The notes beneath the pieces are model-generated. The model saw only the letters and a list, made by a program, of their open reading frames with translations. It did no database searches and had not been told where the DNA came from. The position numbers and the translations under genes are program-made. From an uncultured Thermoleophilia bacterium (lineage in GTDB: Bacteria > Actinomycetota > Thermoleophilia > UBA2241), in the NCBI GenBank assembly GCA_963717965.1, contig CAVQXS010000004.1, positions 1,228 to 65,227 of the forward strand: a DNA stretch of 64,000 nucleotides. The letters are read 5' to 3'. Of the stretch, positions 31,807-42,265 are shown in pieces. Numbering within the stretch: position 1 is the first letter of the stretch; every line of letters starts with the position of its first letter.

Positions 31807-33590
31807 TGAGGGTGGCTCGTCACCGCGTCTTGCGCTCAACCGCTCTCTGGTGCCGAGGCAATCGCCTGGTGCACGCGCTCGTCCCGCACCGGTCGCGCGC
31901 CTGGCTGGCTGCGCAGCTCACCCCTCCCCCGCCCCACCAGACCGCCGCGGACGAATGGCAGCGCCGCCACGCAGTCGAGCGTGCGGCGTGTGCCAAGCCG
32001 GTCGAGGACTCGACCCTGCTGTCGTTCATCACACCGGTCTGGAACACGCCTGTCTCCTTCTTGCGGGAGCTGGCGGCGAGCGTCGCCGCTCAGGCGGAGC
32101 GACAGCCCCTGGAGTGGGTGGTGCTCGACAACGGATCGACCAGTGACGAGCTGATCGACTTCCTCGACCAGGACCTGTCCCGTCGCGATCACGTCGTCTT
32201 CTTTCGGTCGCCCGACAATCTGGGCATCATCGGCGGCACGCGCTTCTGTCTGGAGCGTGCGAACAACCGCTACGTCTTGCCACTTGACCACGACGATCGG
32301 CTGTACGAAGACGCAGCCATGATCATGGCGCAGGCGATCGTCCGGGAGGGCTATCCATCGGCACTGTACTCCGACGAAGACAAGCTGGTCGATGGCCGGC
32401 CATCACTGGCGTTCTTCAAGCCCGACTGGGATCCGGTCCTCTTCGTCGATCAGTGCTATACGGCTCACCTTTGCGCCGTGGACCGTCGGCTGGCTCTCGA
32501 CGTGGGCGCGTACACCGACCCCGCCTGCGAGGGAAGCCCGGACTGGGACTGCCTCATGCGTCTGGTGCTCGCAGGCCACAGTCCCATCCACGTGCCTGAG
32601 GTGATCTACAGTTGGCGGATGCACGAGCAGTCGACGGCCCTGGACATGACGTCCAAGTCGTACATCCACAGCTCGCAGCGCGCCGTCCTCGATCGCTTTG
32701 TCCAGGCGTTGCCGGCGCCGGAGCGCTTCGCGATCGAGCTCAGCCCCTTGTTTGACGGCACCCCCGACTGGTGGCTGCGCCGCCGGCATCTGGATCCCGT
32801 GCCCTTGGCGCTCGTCACACTCAGCGAAGACACGTCGTCGCACGAGCGATTCGTGGACGCGGGTGACTACCCCGTGACAGCGCGAGCCACCCTCCCCCTG
32901 AGCGCGCCGGCGGCGCGACTTGGCGACGTGCTGTCAGGAGTACCTCGCGATGACGCGATGATCTGCCTCGCCGTGGAGGATGTCGCCATCATGAACGCGG
33001 AGTGGGCGTGGGAGGCGCTCGGCATCATGGAGAGCTTTCCGGACACGGCAGTCGTCGGCGGCCGGTGCCTGGACAAGGACTCCCGCATCCTTGAGGCGGG
33101 GCAGTACTTCGGCTTCGGGTCGGGCTGCGACAGTCCCGATGTGGGTCGCCCGCTCAGCGATCCCGGCTACACGCTCTGGCTATGGAAACGCCACTGCGTG
33201 AGCGCGGTCTCGTCATGCCTCGTGGTGCTGAACGTCGGGTTCGTACGAGACTTGCTCGCGCACGGGCTGAACCCGGAGGCAAGCCTTGCCTTTCTGGGGG
33301 CTTGGGCCGGGGCACATGCGGCCCGACAGAGTCGCCGCGTGGTCTATTCACCCTTTGTCGCAGGGAGGCTCTCGGCGGGGCAACAACCGTCCCCCACACC
33401 GGCCGAGCAAGCAGCCTTCATCTCGGCGACCCGCGACTTGATCCCCGACACGCGCTACTATCCCGCGAACTTCGGGCTCGATCTGGCCACCAACTTCAGG
33501 CCGGTCGCAGCTGAGGTGCGACAGGCGCACATCGATGGGCTTCTGAGCCAGGCGTTCGCGTCGGAGATGGACGGCGGGCCCGCCGGATGA
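31806..33590 (+). CDS. GT2 glycosyltransferase (WsaE-like)
   Basis: PVWNTP, LDHDD, YSDEDKL, FFKPDWDP, YSWRMH. Confidence 0.8.
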   Translation: MRVARHRVLRSTALWCRGNRLVHALVPHRSRAWLAAQLTPPPPHQTAADEWQRRHAVERAACAKPVEDSTLLSFITPVWNTPVSFLRELAASVAAQAERQPLEWVVLDNGSTSDELIDFLDQDLSRRDHVVFFRSPDNLGIIGGTRFCLERANNRYVLPLDHDDRLYEDAAMIMAQAIVREGYPSALYSDEDKLVDGRPSLAFFKPDWDPVLFVDQCYTAHLCAVDRRLALDVGAYTDPACEGSPDWDCLMRLVLAGHSPIHVPEVIYSWRMHEQSTALDMTSKSYIHSSQRAVLDRFVQALPAPERFAIELSPLFDGTPDWWLRRRHLDPVPLALVTLSEDTSSHERFVDAGDYPVTARATLPLSAPAARLGDVLSGVPRDDAMICLAVEDVAIMNAEWAWEALGIMESFPDTAVVGGRCLDKDSRILEAGQYFGFGSGCDSPDVGRPLSDPGYTLWLWKRHCVSAVSSCLVVLNVGFVRDLLAHGLNPEASLAFLGAWAGAHAARQSRRVVYSPFVAGRLSAGQQPSPTPAEQAAFISATRDLIPDTRYYPANFGLDLATNFRPVAAEVRQAHIDGLLSQAFASEMDGGPAG

Positions 33591-35218
33591 AGGGCTGGCT
33601 TCGTCGCTTTCGCCGCCGCTCCCAAGCACAACCTCCCGCTCCCCACGGTCCCGCAGGCTACCCTGCGTGGCTTGAACGACGAATCGCCGAACGCTCCGAG
33701 CGGGCGCGGGCTCAAACCCCTCAGGACTTCCTCTCGATCCTCACGTGCATCTACGCCGGCTCCCCGGCTGCGTTCCTCGTAGAGACTGCGGAGTCCGTGC
33801 TCTCGCAGTCGCAGCCGGTCTTCGAATGGGTCGTGCTCGCCAACGGCCCGCTGGGGGACGACCTGGACTCTGCGCTTGCGGCGTTTGAAGCGGACTCTCG
33901 CGTCCGCGTACTCCGCTCACCCTGTAACGTGGGCATCATCCGCGGGCTCAGGCTCTGCCTGGAGGCCGCGCGAGGCGAGTACGTCTGTCCCCTGGATGGT
34001 GACGACCTCCTCACGCCGGATGCCGTGAGTCAGATCGCTGCGGCGATACTGGATGCGGGTCGTCCGGAGTTCCTCTACGGGGACGAGGACGCCTTGGTCC
34101 AAGGAAGTCCTTCCGCCCCCTACTTCCGACCGGATTGGGACCCGCTGCTCAACCTCTCATCCTCGTACATATGGCACCCCTCGGTGTTCAGAAGACAGAC
34201 CGCTCTCGCACTGGGCGTGTTCACGGACGCGGAGAGTGAGTTCTGCCAGGACTGGGACACGCTCTTCCGCTTCGTGGACGCTCACATCGTGCCGGTCCAC
34301 ATGCCTGAGGTGCTCTATCACTGGCGGGCTCATACCGGATCATCGACGCATCGCCCTGACCGCGATCAGGGCTCGCTGAAGTCTCAGAGGCACGTCCTTG
34401 AGACTCACCTCGAGAGAGTCGGCCGGGCTGAGAGCTTCGCCGTCGCGGAGTTCCCACTCGACCGCGGTCTTCCGGAGTGGTGGATCAGGCGTGCCAGACT
34501 CGAGACGCCCGTCATCGACGTCGTCGTCATGGGCGATCGCGAGGCGATCGTCGATCGGCCCACGGTGGACCTGCCCTTCGCTCGGCTGCATCAGTTCGAC
34601 AAGGCGGGAGGAACGGCAGGCCTTCGCAAGGTGATGGACCACTGCGACACGGACATGGTCGTGCTTCTGGATGCACGATCGACACCCATGCCGTACGAGT
34701 GGGCCTCAGAGGCACTGACGATCCTCGACCTGATGCCCGATGTCGACATCGTCGGAGGCCGCCTGATCGACGAGGCCGGCGCAGTGGTCGAAGGTGAGCT
34801 GGTGATCTCCGCCGACGGGCGCACCGCCTGCCCGGACAAAGGCCGGCAGGCCTCCGACGCAGGCTACTACTCTCTGTCTCTCAAGCCGCATCTTGCTGAC
34901 GGCGTGAGCGGTCGATTCTTCGCGGCGCGACGGATCCACCTGTCGGAGGCGTTGGACTGCCTGCCCGCCGAAGCGTCAATTCCTTGTCTCGGCGCGTGGC
35001 TGGGAGCATGGGCGGCGCGGGCCGGGCGTCAGGTCGCCTACACGCCGCTCATGACCGCGACCCTGGACCCGCACGACGAGGCGCACCTCGCCGCGGGGGC
35101 CACCGAACAGCGGGCGCTGGTGGACTTGATGCGCGGCTTCCCGCGGCCAGACCGGTGGACCTGGCGAGAGCAGTGTGCCAATCTCGGCGAAGGACGAGCG
35201 CTCGAGAGCTGCCACTGA
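33587..35218 (+). CDS. GT2 glycosyltransferase (WsaE-like, paralogue of the preceding gene)
   Basis: LDGDD, YGDED, FRPDWDP, QDWD, LYHWRAH. Confidence 0.8.
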   Translation: MKGWLRRFRRRSQAQPPAPHGPAGYPAWLERRIAERSERARAQTPQDFLSILTCIYAGSPAAFLVETAESVLSQSQPVFEWVVLANGPLGDDLDSALAAFEADSRVRVLRSPCNVGIIRGLRLCLEAARGEYVCPLDGDDLLTPDAVSQIAAAILDAGRPEFLYGDEDALVQGSPSAPYFRPDWDPLLNLSSSYIWHPSVFRRQTALALGVFTDAESEFCQDWDTLFRFVDAHIVPVHMPEVLYHWRAHTGSSTHRPDRDQGSLKSQRHVLETHLERVGRAESFAVAEFPLDRGLPEWWIRRARLETPVIDVVVMGDREAIVDRPTVDLPFARLHQFDKAGGTAGLRKVMDHCDTDMVVLLDARSTPMPYEWASEALTILDLMPDVDIVGGRLIDEAGAVVEGELVISADGRTACPDKGRQASDAGYYSLSLKPHLADGVSGRFFAARRIHLSEALDCLPAEASIPCLGAWLGAWAARAGRQVAYTPLMTATLDPHDEAHLAAGATEQRALVDLMRGFPRPDRWTWREQCANLGEGRALESCH

Positions 35219-35250
35219 AGCGGCGGGCCAAGCGCGGTCCGAGGAGGCGA

Positions 35251-36294
35251 TCAGCCGCCCTTCAGGAAGCGTTTCGCGCCGCGCAGCGGCTCCGTCAGTC
35301 GCCATGAGGCGCTGTGCTCAACCGCCTGTCTGACCGAATCCGCCTGGGCCAGCTGCTCCTGTACGCGCACGAGTCCCTGCTCCTTATCCACGATGATCGC
35401 ATCACGCTCTTCGATCAGCTGTCGAGCCTCGTCGGCTCGCGCAGCCTGCGCCGCCACTTCGTCCAGCAGCTGGCGCTTGGCCTCGTCTGCTCGCGCGGCC
35501 TGCGCGGCCACTTCGTCCAGCAGCTGGCGCTTGGCCTCTTCTGCTCGCGCGGTCAACGAGGCCACTTCCTCCTGCAGCTGCTCGTGTTCCTCCTGCAGCT
35601 GCTCGAGTCTGCCTTCTGCGGCGAGCAGACGCGACCTGACGCCGCCACCACTTACCTTGCGCAGGAATCCACCCGGATTGAACGACAAGAGCAGCTTCTC
35701 GCGCGAACGATCTACCAGGAAGTCTTCCGTTCCCGCAAGGAACAGTTGAACTGCCTCCATGGGGCCCCGTCCGAACGAGGAGGCTACCGGATGCCCGTTG
35801 ATGTTCGTGTCTTCGACGATCATGTAGCTGTCGGTCGTGACCAGATCCGCATACAGCTTCATCTCATCGAGGACATGCGTCATCGTGTGATCGGAGTCAA
35901 GGATGACCATGACGCAGCGCGCAGATTCGACGCGAGCGCGAACGTCGGCCAGGACGTCCGGTGACGTCGACGAGCCTGTCAGATAGGTGACGCGTGGATG
36001 CGGAGGTCGGACCGTCGGCGAGGAAGCCAGCGCTTCGATGTCCACGGTGATGACCTGGCCCTGTCCCAGGAGATCGCAGATGGACGCCATGAAGAGGGCG
36101 CTGCCCCCGAACCGAGTTCCCGTCTCGATGATGAAATCAGGCTTCAGCTCGGTGATGATCTCCTGGTAGATCCACAGATCGCAGGGGTATTTCTCGGCCT
36201 GGACACCGAGCCAGTACGTGGATGCCCATGTAGTGAGGGCCGAGTCATAGAAGAGCTTGTGGAACTCTTCGATGGTGGTCTGATCAGGCGTCAC
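35251..36294 (-). CDS. CmcI/rhamnosyl O-methyltransferase-family protein with a C-terminal coiled coil
   Basis: KYPCDLWIYQEI, IIETGTRFGGSAL, ILDSDH, VEDTN; heptad region ending S(A)SWRLTEPLR; the GTG overlaps the wzt stop. Confidence 0.8.
   Translation of the reverse strand: MTPDQTTIEEFHKLFYDSALTTWASTYWLGVQAEKYPCDLWIYQEIITELKPDFIIETGTRFGGSALFMASICDLLGQGQVITVDIEALASSPTVRPPHPRVTYLTGSSTSPDVLADVRARVESARCVMVILDSDHTMTHVLDEMKLYADLVTTDSYMIVEDTNINGHPVASSFGRGPMEAVQLFLAGTEDFLVDRSREKLLLSFNPGGFLRKVSGGGVRSRLLAAEGRLEQLQEEHEQLQEEVASLTARAEEAKRQLLDEVAAQAARADEAKRQLLDEVAAQAARADEARQLIEERDAIIVDKEQGLVRVQEQLAQADSVRQAVEHSASWRLTEPLRGAKRFLKGG
35426..35552 (-). repeat. 54-bp tandem duplication (about 2.3 copies) in the coiled coil, encoding EAKRQLLDEVAAQAARAD
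   Basis: Units 35426-35479 and 35480-35533 are near-identical, with a partial third unit. Confidence 0.85.
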
Positions 36295-37751
36295 GACTGC
36301 TCCTCCTCGAGCTGCTCCATGATGATGTTGATCATCGGGATGCCCACTAGCCCAGTGCACACGCTGGTGGAGTGCGACTTGAACAGCAGAGCTTCGTGCA
36401 TCCAGTGAAGCTGCACATTCTCGGCCTGTGTCCCCTCCGCCACAGACGCGCTGATGAAGTAGTCGCCGGCCGGAAGGATGGGCATGCGGAACTCGAAACA
36501 GGCCCTGAAGAGACTTCCGCCCGGGATCTCCGGCGGCGCCTGATGGTACGTCAGATAGGTGTTGTCCGAGAAGAGGATCTGGCCGAGGCGGTCCTTCACC
36601 ATGAACCCCAGGATCGGCTGATGGAGCGGGATGTGCGTCTCGGCTGTCACGATCACCATGACGCGCTCTCCTCCCACGATCCAGGACACACGCGCTCCCG
36701 TCGCAGAATCCGCAAGCTCGACGGCTCGCAGGTGCGCTCCGCCGGCCCCGAAAGCCTTCGAGGGGTCACCGAAGGAGAACACCTCGATGTCGTTGCGCAA
36801 CGGTGAGAGATTCACGTACTTGAGGCGCTGATCGACCACATCACCATCCGTATCCGCCATGGGCCTCGGTGGTGGCCTCAACACCGACCGCGGGGGCGCT
36901 GCGTCGACGGGCTGAAGCGCGCCGACGAGATCCTGCAGGTAGAGATCGCAGACATCCCGGGCGCTTCCGTCCGCCTTGATCGCCCCCTGCTCCAACAGTA
37001 TCGCTCGTTCGCATAGTCCCATGACTGCTCCCGTGTCATGACTCACGAACAGCAGGGAGCCTGATTCCCGAAAACGCCGCATGTACCGCAGGCACTTCTG
37101 CGTGAAGAAGGCGTCCCCCACCGCCAGCGCCTCGTCGACCACAAGGATCTCTGCATCCACGTGCGCGACCACGGCGAAGGCGAGGCGCACGAACATGCCG
37201 CTGGAGTACATCTTCACCGGCTGATCGATGTAGTCGCCGATGTCGGCGAAGGCCACGATCTCATCGTATCGGTCGTCGATCTCCTTACGGCTCAGCCCGA
37301 GAATCGACGCGTTCATGTAGACGTTGTCGCGGCCGCTGTACTCGGGATTGAAGCCGGATCCGAGCTCGAGGAGGGCGCTGATCCGACCCCGTGTGCTGAA
37401 GGAGCCGCTGGTCGGCGTGAGTGTGCCGCAGACCAACTGAAGCAAGGTGCTCTTACCGCTGCCGTTGCGACCGATGACTCCGAGGGTCTCCCCCTTATGC
37501 AGCGTGAAGCTGACGTCGCGAAGGGCCCAGAACTCCTTGTAGTAGATCTTCGGCTTGATCGGCAGCCAGCGTGCCGCGGCGTTGCGCACCGGGTGCCTGA
37601 GCCTGTCGCGCGGATTGTCCCACAGGAGATACGCCTTGCTGAGATTCTCAGCCACCACAGAAGGCTGGCCTGAACCTGCTTCATGCCGTTGCCCCTCCGG
37701 CTCCTGCTCCTTGTTCTGGTTCGTCGGCTCGGTCTCCACGGGCGAGCTCAC
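36291..37751 (-). CDS. wzt: Polysaccharide ABC exporter ATPase with a C-terminal carbohydrate-binding (Wzt_C) domain
   Basis: GRNGSGKST, YSSGMFVRLAFA, DEALAVGD, VSHD; ~150-aa C-terminal extension. Confidence 0.92.
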   Translation of the reverse strand: MSSPVETEPTNQNKEQEPEGQRHEAGSGQPSVVAENLSKAYLLWDNPRDRLRHPVRNAAARWLPIKPKIYYKEFWALRDVSFTLHKGETLGVIGRNGSGKSTLLQLVCGTLTPTSGSFSTRGRISALLELGSGFNPEYSGRDNVYMNASILGLSRKEIDDRYDEIVAFADIGDYIDQPVKMYSSGMFVRLAFAVVAHVDAEILVVDEALAVGDAFFTQKCLRYMRRFRESGSLLFVSHDTGAVMGLCERAILLEQGAIKADGSARDVCDLYLQDLVGALQPVDAAPPRSVLRPPPRPMADTDGDVVDQRLKYVNLSPLRNDIEVFSFGDPSKAFGAGGAHLRAVELADSATGARVSWIVGGERVMVIVTAETHIPLHQPILGFMVKDRLGQILFSDNTYLTYHQAPPEIPGGSLFRACFEFRMPILPAGDYFISASVAEGTQAENVQLHWMHEALLFKSHSTSVCTGLVGIPMINIIMEQLEEEQS

Positions 37752-38585
37752 CTACATCACGTCCGCGAATGCCTTCTTCGAGTGCATGAAGGCGTAGTAG
37801 CCGAGCAGCATCACGACGAGAGAGCCCGCGGTGACGGGCAGCCACCACGACCACATCGGCGGCATGCCCCACAAGAGGGTCCTACGGGCCGTGTCGAGGA
37901 TCGTCGTCAGCGGATTGAGCAGCATGACCTTGCGCAGGTAGGGGGGCACGGCCGACAGCGGGAAGAAGATGCCCGACAAGAAGAACAGCGCCTGCGTGGC
38001 GATCATGACCGGCTGGGTGAGGTCGCGGACGAAGACACCGAGCGACGCCAGCGCCCAGCCGAAGCCGAGCGTCAGGGCGCACAGAGGGAGCAGCGTCAGC
38101 GGGAACATCCAGAGCGTCGGCGAGACCCGGTGCTGCACGAAGATCGTGGCCGGCAAGAGGATCGCGAGACCGAACGCCGCGTTGATGAGACTCGACCCGA
38201 GGGCGGCAGCCGGCAGGATCTGGAGGGGGAAGATGACGCGCTTGACGTAGTTCGGATTGGACAGGATCAGGTCGCTCGCCCGCTGGACGCATTCCGCAAA
38301 GACGTTGAACATGATGAGCCCGCAGAAGAGATTGAGGATGAAGTCGGCGCCTGTACCCTGGTCGCCGCCCCAGCGGTTCTTGAAGATGACCCCAAAGACA
38401 AGCGTGTAGACGGCAAGCATCATCAGCGGGACGATGAACGACCAGACGATGCCGAGATACGACCCTTTGTAACGGAGCACCGCGTCACGCCACGCGAACT
38501 GACCGATAAGGCCACGATTGGCTGCCAGATCGCGGAGCATACGGACCGGGAGCGGGCCCCTCAAGGCGCTGTCATTTGCCTGCAT
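37752..38585 (-). CDS. wzm: Polysaccharide ABC exporter permease
   Basis: RYKGSYLGIVW, NPNYVKRVIFP, RDL, LNP, KKAFADVM; AGGAG RBS before ATG 38585. Confidence 0.9.
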   Translation of the reverse strand: MQANDSALRGPLPVRMLRDLAANRGLIGQFAWRDAVLRYKGSYLGIVWSFIVPLMMLAVYTLVFGVIFKNRWGGDQGTGADFILNLFCGLIMFNVFAECVQRASDLILSNPNYVKRVIFPLQILPAAALGSSLINAAFGLAILLPATIFVQHRVSPTLWMFPLTLLPLCALTLGFGWALASLGVFVRDLTQPVMIATQALFFLSGIFFPLSAVPPYLRKVMLLNPLTTILDTARRTLLWGMPPMWSWWLPVTAGSLVVMLLGYYAFMHSKKAFADVM

Positions 38586-38634
38586 CAGACTCCTGGGGAG
38601 AACGGCGGGACCGCTGTATGGTATCTCGTAGGCA

Positions 38635-39849
38635 TCACTCACCCAAACCCACGGTCTCGCCTCCTTCGCCTTGATCTGCGGTGGTGGCGGCACGGCGTCC
38701 CCGTAGCTTCCACAGGTGCCAAGCGACCCGTGAGCGCACGCTCCGGACCCGGGCGGCCACCCGGCCCACCGAGCGGGCGATGTCTCTGCTCTCGACAGGG
38801 TCATCGAGCAGCGCTGCATCCAGAGCGGCGGCCCAGTGTCTTTCGGCTACGCGCCAAATGTCGCGGCGCTCTCTCACAGCTGTCTGTTCCTCGCCGGCGA
38901 GACGCCACGTGCTATCCCATATCTGCTCCATCGCATCCGACCACGACTCATAGGTGTTGGCGGCGAGGCGGCCACACTTGAGATCACTGTCCGCATAGGG
39001 CGGCGCGTTGCTGTAGACGGCCGGATGGCCGAACCCACCGTACTCCACCATCTTCACATCCGACTTGCCGGCCACGAACTCCAGCGTGTCGGGATCCCCC
39101 CTGGTCTCCAGGGGCGCAGCAGCCAGCATCGCCGGCATGGCAGCCAGCATCGCGTGATAGCGGTCGGGCGGCATCTCGCCGGCGGCGACAACACCACGAA
39201 GGATGCGGGCAGCGACCGATGAGAGCTGCTCCAACGGCGGACCGAAGTAGCAGATCGGCAGGCGGTGTCTCGCGCTGAAATCCCCGATTGCAGCAAGGAC
39301 CTCCTCGGCGGACTGGGCCAGCGCCAGGCGATGCCCCTGCGTCAGCAGCATGGCGGTGGGCTTCTGAGGCTCTGCCCTGCGCTCCGACGGAAAGGCGGCG
39401 GCGTTCGGGCATACGACAAGTTTCCCGGTGACATCGAGCCCGGATCTCCGAGCCAGGAGACCTCCGAGGCGCGCGGACGTCACGGTCACTACGCGAGCCG
39501 CAGACAGGCTCTCGACCACGGGAGCCGAAGCTGGGAACTCCTCGGAGCGAAGATAGCCGGGGCGGCAGAGAAGATTGTCGTCGATGTCCAGCAGGAACCC
39601 GTGCGGCAGGAGGTCCACGAGTCGCCTCACGAGGTGCTCGTCGACTCCCCGCTGGATCCACACGACGTCGAAGCTACCGTGCCGAGGCAGGCCGGCGAGG
39701 GTGGCATCCGTGACCGTGTAGTCAGCGATACGCCCGATGCGTTTCAGCGCCGCGAGCGGCGCATGCACTCGCCAGAACGCCACGTAGCTCGTCGCGACAT
39801 CTGCGATGGCCAGCACGCGCGGCGCATCAGTTTGCCGGTCAGCCGCCAC
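38635..39849 (-). CDS. Putative GT-B glycosyltransferase-like protein
   Basis: WRVHAPL, IQRG, DIDDNL, KSDVKMVEYG, SNAPPY, as in DxDD/KSxxK glycosyltransferases. Confidence 0.55.
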   Translation of the reverse strand: MAADRQTDAPRVLAIADVATSYVAFWRVHAPLAALKRIGRIADYTVTDATLAGLPRHGSFDVVWIQRGVDEHLVRRLVDLLPHGFLLDIDDNLLCRPGYLRSEEFPASAPVVESLSAARVVTVTSARLGGLLARRSGLDVTGKLVVCPNAAAFPSERRAEPQKPTAMLLTQGHRLALAQSAEEVLAAIGDFSARHRLPICYFGPPLEQLSSVAARILRGVVAAGEMPPDRYHAMLAAMPAMLAAAPLETRGDPDTLEFVAGKSDVKMVEYGGFGHPAVYSNAPPYADSDLKCGRLAANTYESWSDAMEQIWDSTWRLAGEEQTAVRERRDIWRVAERHWAAALDAALLDDPVESRDIARSVGRVAARVRSVRSRVAWHLWKLRGRRAATTADQGEGGETVGLGE

Positions 39850-40172
39850 TGCTCGCCCACCGCCCGGACATCAAGAGAAGTAGCGCGCATGGCTTGGCGG
39901 AGCGCCTCTGTCGTTCATCACTCCCGGAATTGGCAGGAACATAGCCGACACCGACCTCGTCATACGTCCGTCCGTCCTGTCGGATGGGGCTGACTAACCT
40001 AGCTACCCGGCAGCGAGCATCACGTGCTCCATACAGGTTACGATCGGCATCAGTCCTCCACGATAATCGCCGTGCGTGCTCTCGGCTTGTCAGGCGTCAC
40101 GGCAGTGGGGGCCACCACATAGTCCCAGTTGCGACGGCGTCATTGCGAGTTGCAGTCGATACCCCGAGTCTT

Positions 40173-40922
40173 CTAGAAGCCAGCCCTCGCAAAGAGAAAG
40201 TCCGCCTGGACCGCCCGGCCGCGCCGGTCGTAGAACGGATTGTGGACTCCAGAGAGGCGGAACCCGCGGTCCCGTACCCATGAGACGAGCTCGTCTGCAA
40301 GCGGCTGACCCTCGTAGAGCTCCATAAAGGAGCCCTCGACAAGGATCGTGGCGAATCGCGGGAAGAACTCCTCACACCCCCTCAGCGCCTCTATCTCGTA
40401 GCCTTGGACATCCAGCTTCAGCATCGCTGGCGGTTCGACCTGCTCGGCAGACATGAACTCAGGCAACCGACCAACGCGGATTCTCGCGGTGGTCCTCTCT
40501 GCGGTGCCTCGGAACAAGGTCTCCTGCATAGGACTGATGGGCAGGAGTGAGGATGAATGGTCCCTCCTCGAAACGTGAATGATCGCCTCTCCGCTGTCGT
40601 CTCCGATTGCCGCACGGTGGAGTGTCACCCGTGGGTCTCGACCAAGTACTTGGTGGAAACGCCTCGCCGCGTCAACCAGCGGCTCGAACGATACGATCTG
40701 GGCGTCGGGGAGGCAGTGTCGCGTTGCCAAGGCGAATTGCCCGCGATTCGCGCCAATGTCCACGACGGTGCGATAGTCCATCATTCGAAGCGCTGGGGAG
40801 TTCTCAACCGCCGCGGCGCAGCCCTGACTCAGCAGAGCGGCGCGATACTGCGGGTCTGCAAGAAGCTCGATCAGCTTCATGGCACGATTCAGTTGCATGG
40901 CTCTGAGATCCCGGTTCGCCAC
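40173..40922 (-). CDS. FkbM-family SAM-dependent methyltransferase
   Basis: VDIGANRGQF, SFEP, KLDVQGYEIEALRG, QADFLF; start uncertain. Confidence 0.85.
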   Translation of the reverse strand: MANRDLRAMQLNRAMKLIELLADPQYRAALLSQGCAAAVENSPALRMMDYRTVVDIGANRGQFALATRHCLPDAQIVSFEPLVDAARRFHQVLGRDPRVTLHRAAIGDDSGEAIIHVSRRDHSSSLLPISPMQETLFRGTAERTTARIRVGRLPEFMSAEQVEPPAMLKLDVQGYEIEALRGCEEFFPRFATILVEGSFMELYEGQPLADELVSWVRDRGFRLSGVHNPFYDRRGRAVQADFLFARAGF

Positions 40923-41025
40923 ATGTTCCGCCTCTTGAGTCTCGCAGTTCGCACGAAGGCACGCGCAGGGCTCGCTCAACCTCTGCAGGTGGCGCGGCCC
41001 GACCCCCCCTGAGACAATCGACGGC

Positions 41026-41472
41026 ATGAACGATCACGCCGCCAGAATCTGGACCAAGTATCGGGAGCAAATCCTCTACCTAGTGGTAGGGGCCTGGAAC
41101 ATGCTCTTCGCCTACGCCGTCTTCTCGCTACTCTACTTCCTTCTGAATCGGCTTCTCCACCCCTCGGTCATCCTCCTGTTCGCCTACCTGATCTCATCGG
41201 TGAACGGATTCGTGGGCTTCCGGTACCTGGTGTTCAGGTCCGCCGGCCGTCCGGTAGCGGAGTACTTCAAGTACCAACTGGTCTACACGCCGCTGTTTCT
41301 TGTGAATGCTTTCGTGCTTCCTCTTGCGCTCAGCTACACCTCGATGAATGCATACGCGATTCAAGCCATCTTCTCTATCTTCGCGGTCATCGCCAGCTAC
41401 CTCGGCAACAAGTACTTCGCCTTTCGCAAGGTCGCCTCGACGTCGGCGAGCAGTGGCGATCCCGCGGAGTGA
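41026..41472 (+). CDS. GtrA-family flippase
   Basis: Four TM segments, YLVVGAWN, SYLGNKYFAF. Confidence 0.8.
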   Translation: MNDHAARIWTKYREQILYLVVGAWNMLFAYAVFSLLYFLLNRLLHPSVILLFAYLISSVNGFVGFRYLVFRSAGRPVAEYFKYQLVYTPLFLVNAFVLPLALSYTSMNAYAIQAIFSIFAVIASYLGNKYFAFRKVASTSASSGDPAE

Positions 41473-41479
41473 GCAGTGG

Positions 41480-42265
41480 CTAGCGGCCAATCGAGTTGAG
41501 GACGCGGTACGCGGCAACGGTGCGGGCTGCCTGCAGGCGGTGCAAGAACATCAGGAACCCGTGATGGTCGCCCGCGTGTCGTTCCGCCACCCGCAACTCC
41601 TCTTCGAACTGTTGGCGAAACCGGCTACCGCTCTTGCTCGACGCGTACCAGCGAAAGGACCCGAGGTACTCGGGGATGAACCGAGCAGGCCAGCGCTCTC
41701 CCAGACGTAACCAGTAGTCATAGTCCATCGCCAAGTGAAGGTCAGTGCGGAAGTCACCGACCGCCTCCCAAGCCGAGCGGCGCCAGAACACGCCCATCTG
41801 AGAGATCCAGTTCTCCACGAGAAGCTTCTCGAGCGTGAATCTTCTCATGCGCCAGTTCTTGTACGCAGTCACGAAGCGCCGGATCTCCTGGCCGCGCTCA
41901 TCGACGATCCGCACTCTCCCGTAGACCCACTGGGCCGGGGCCTCATTCCGGAAGACTTGCATGACGCGACGCAGTGCGCCCGGTTCGTAGGCGTCATCGC
42001 TGTTGAGCCAGCCGAGAACGCTCCCGGTCGACAAGCGAAGGCCATGATTCAGTGCATCAGATTGACCCTCGTCCTCTCGGCTCACCCATTTGATCGCCGA
42101 CCCGTAGCTCTCGAGAATCTCCCGGGTTCCGTCACTCGACCCGCCGTCCATGACGATGCACTCGAGCTCGAAGTCGCGTTCCTGTCTAAGGACTGAATCG
42201 ATGGCGATGCGCAGATAGGCCGCCTGGTTCAGAGTGGGCATGACCACCGATACGGAGTCAGCCAC
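41480..42265 (-). CDS. GT2 glycosyltransferase (WcaE-like)
   Basis: VVMPTLNQA, DGGSSDGT, GQSDALN, WLNSDD, MDYDYW. Confidence 0.85.
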   Translation of the reverse strand: MADSVSVVMPTLNQAAYLRIAIDSVLRQERDFELECIVMDGGSSDGTREILESYGSAIKWVSREDEGQSDALNHGLRLSTGSVLGWLNSDDAYEPGALRRVMQVFRNEAPAQWVYGRVRIVDERGQEIRRFVTAYKNWRMRRFTLEKLLVENWISQMGVFWRRSAWEAVGDFRTDLHLAMDYDYWLRLGERWPARFIPEYLGSFRWYASSKSGSRFRQQFEEELRVAERHAGDHHGFLMFLHRLQAARTVAAYRVLNSIGR

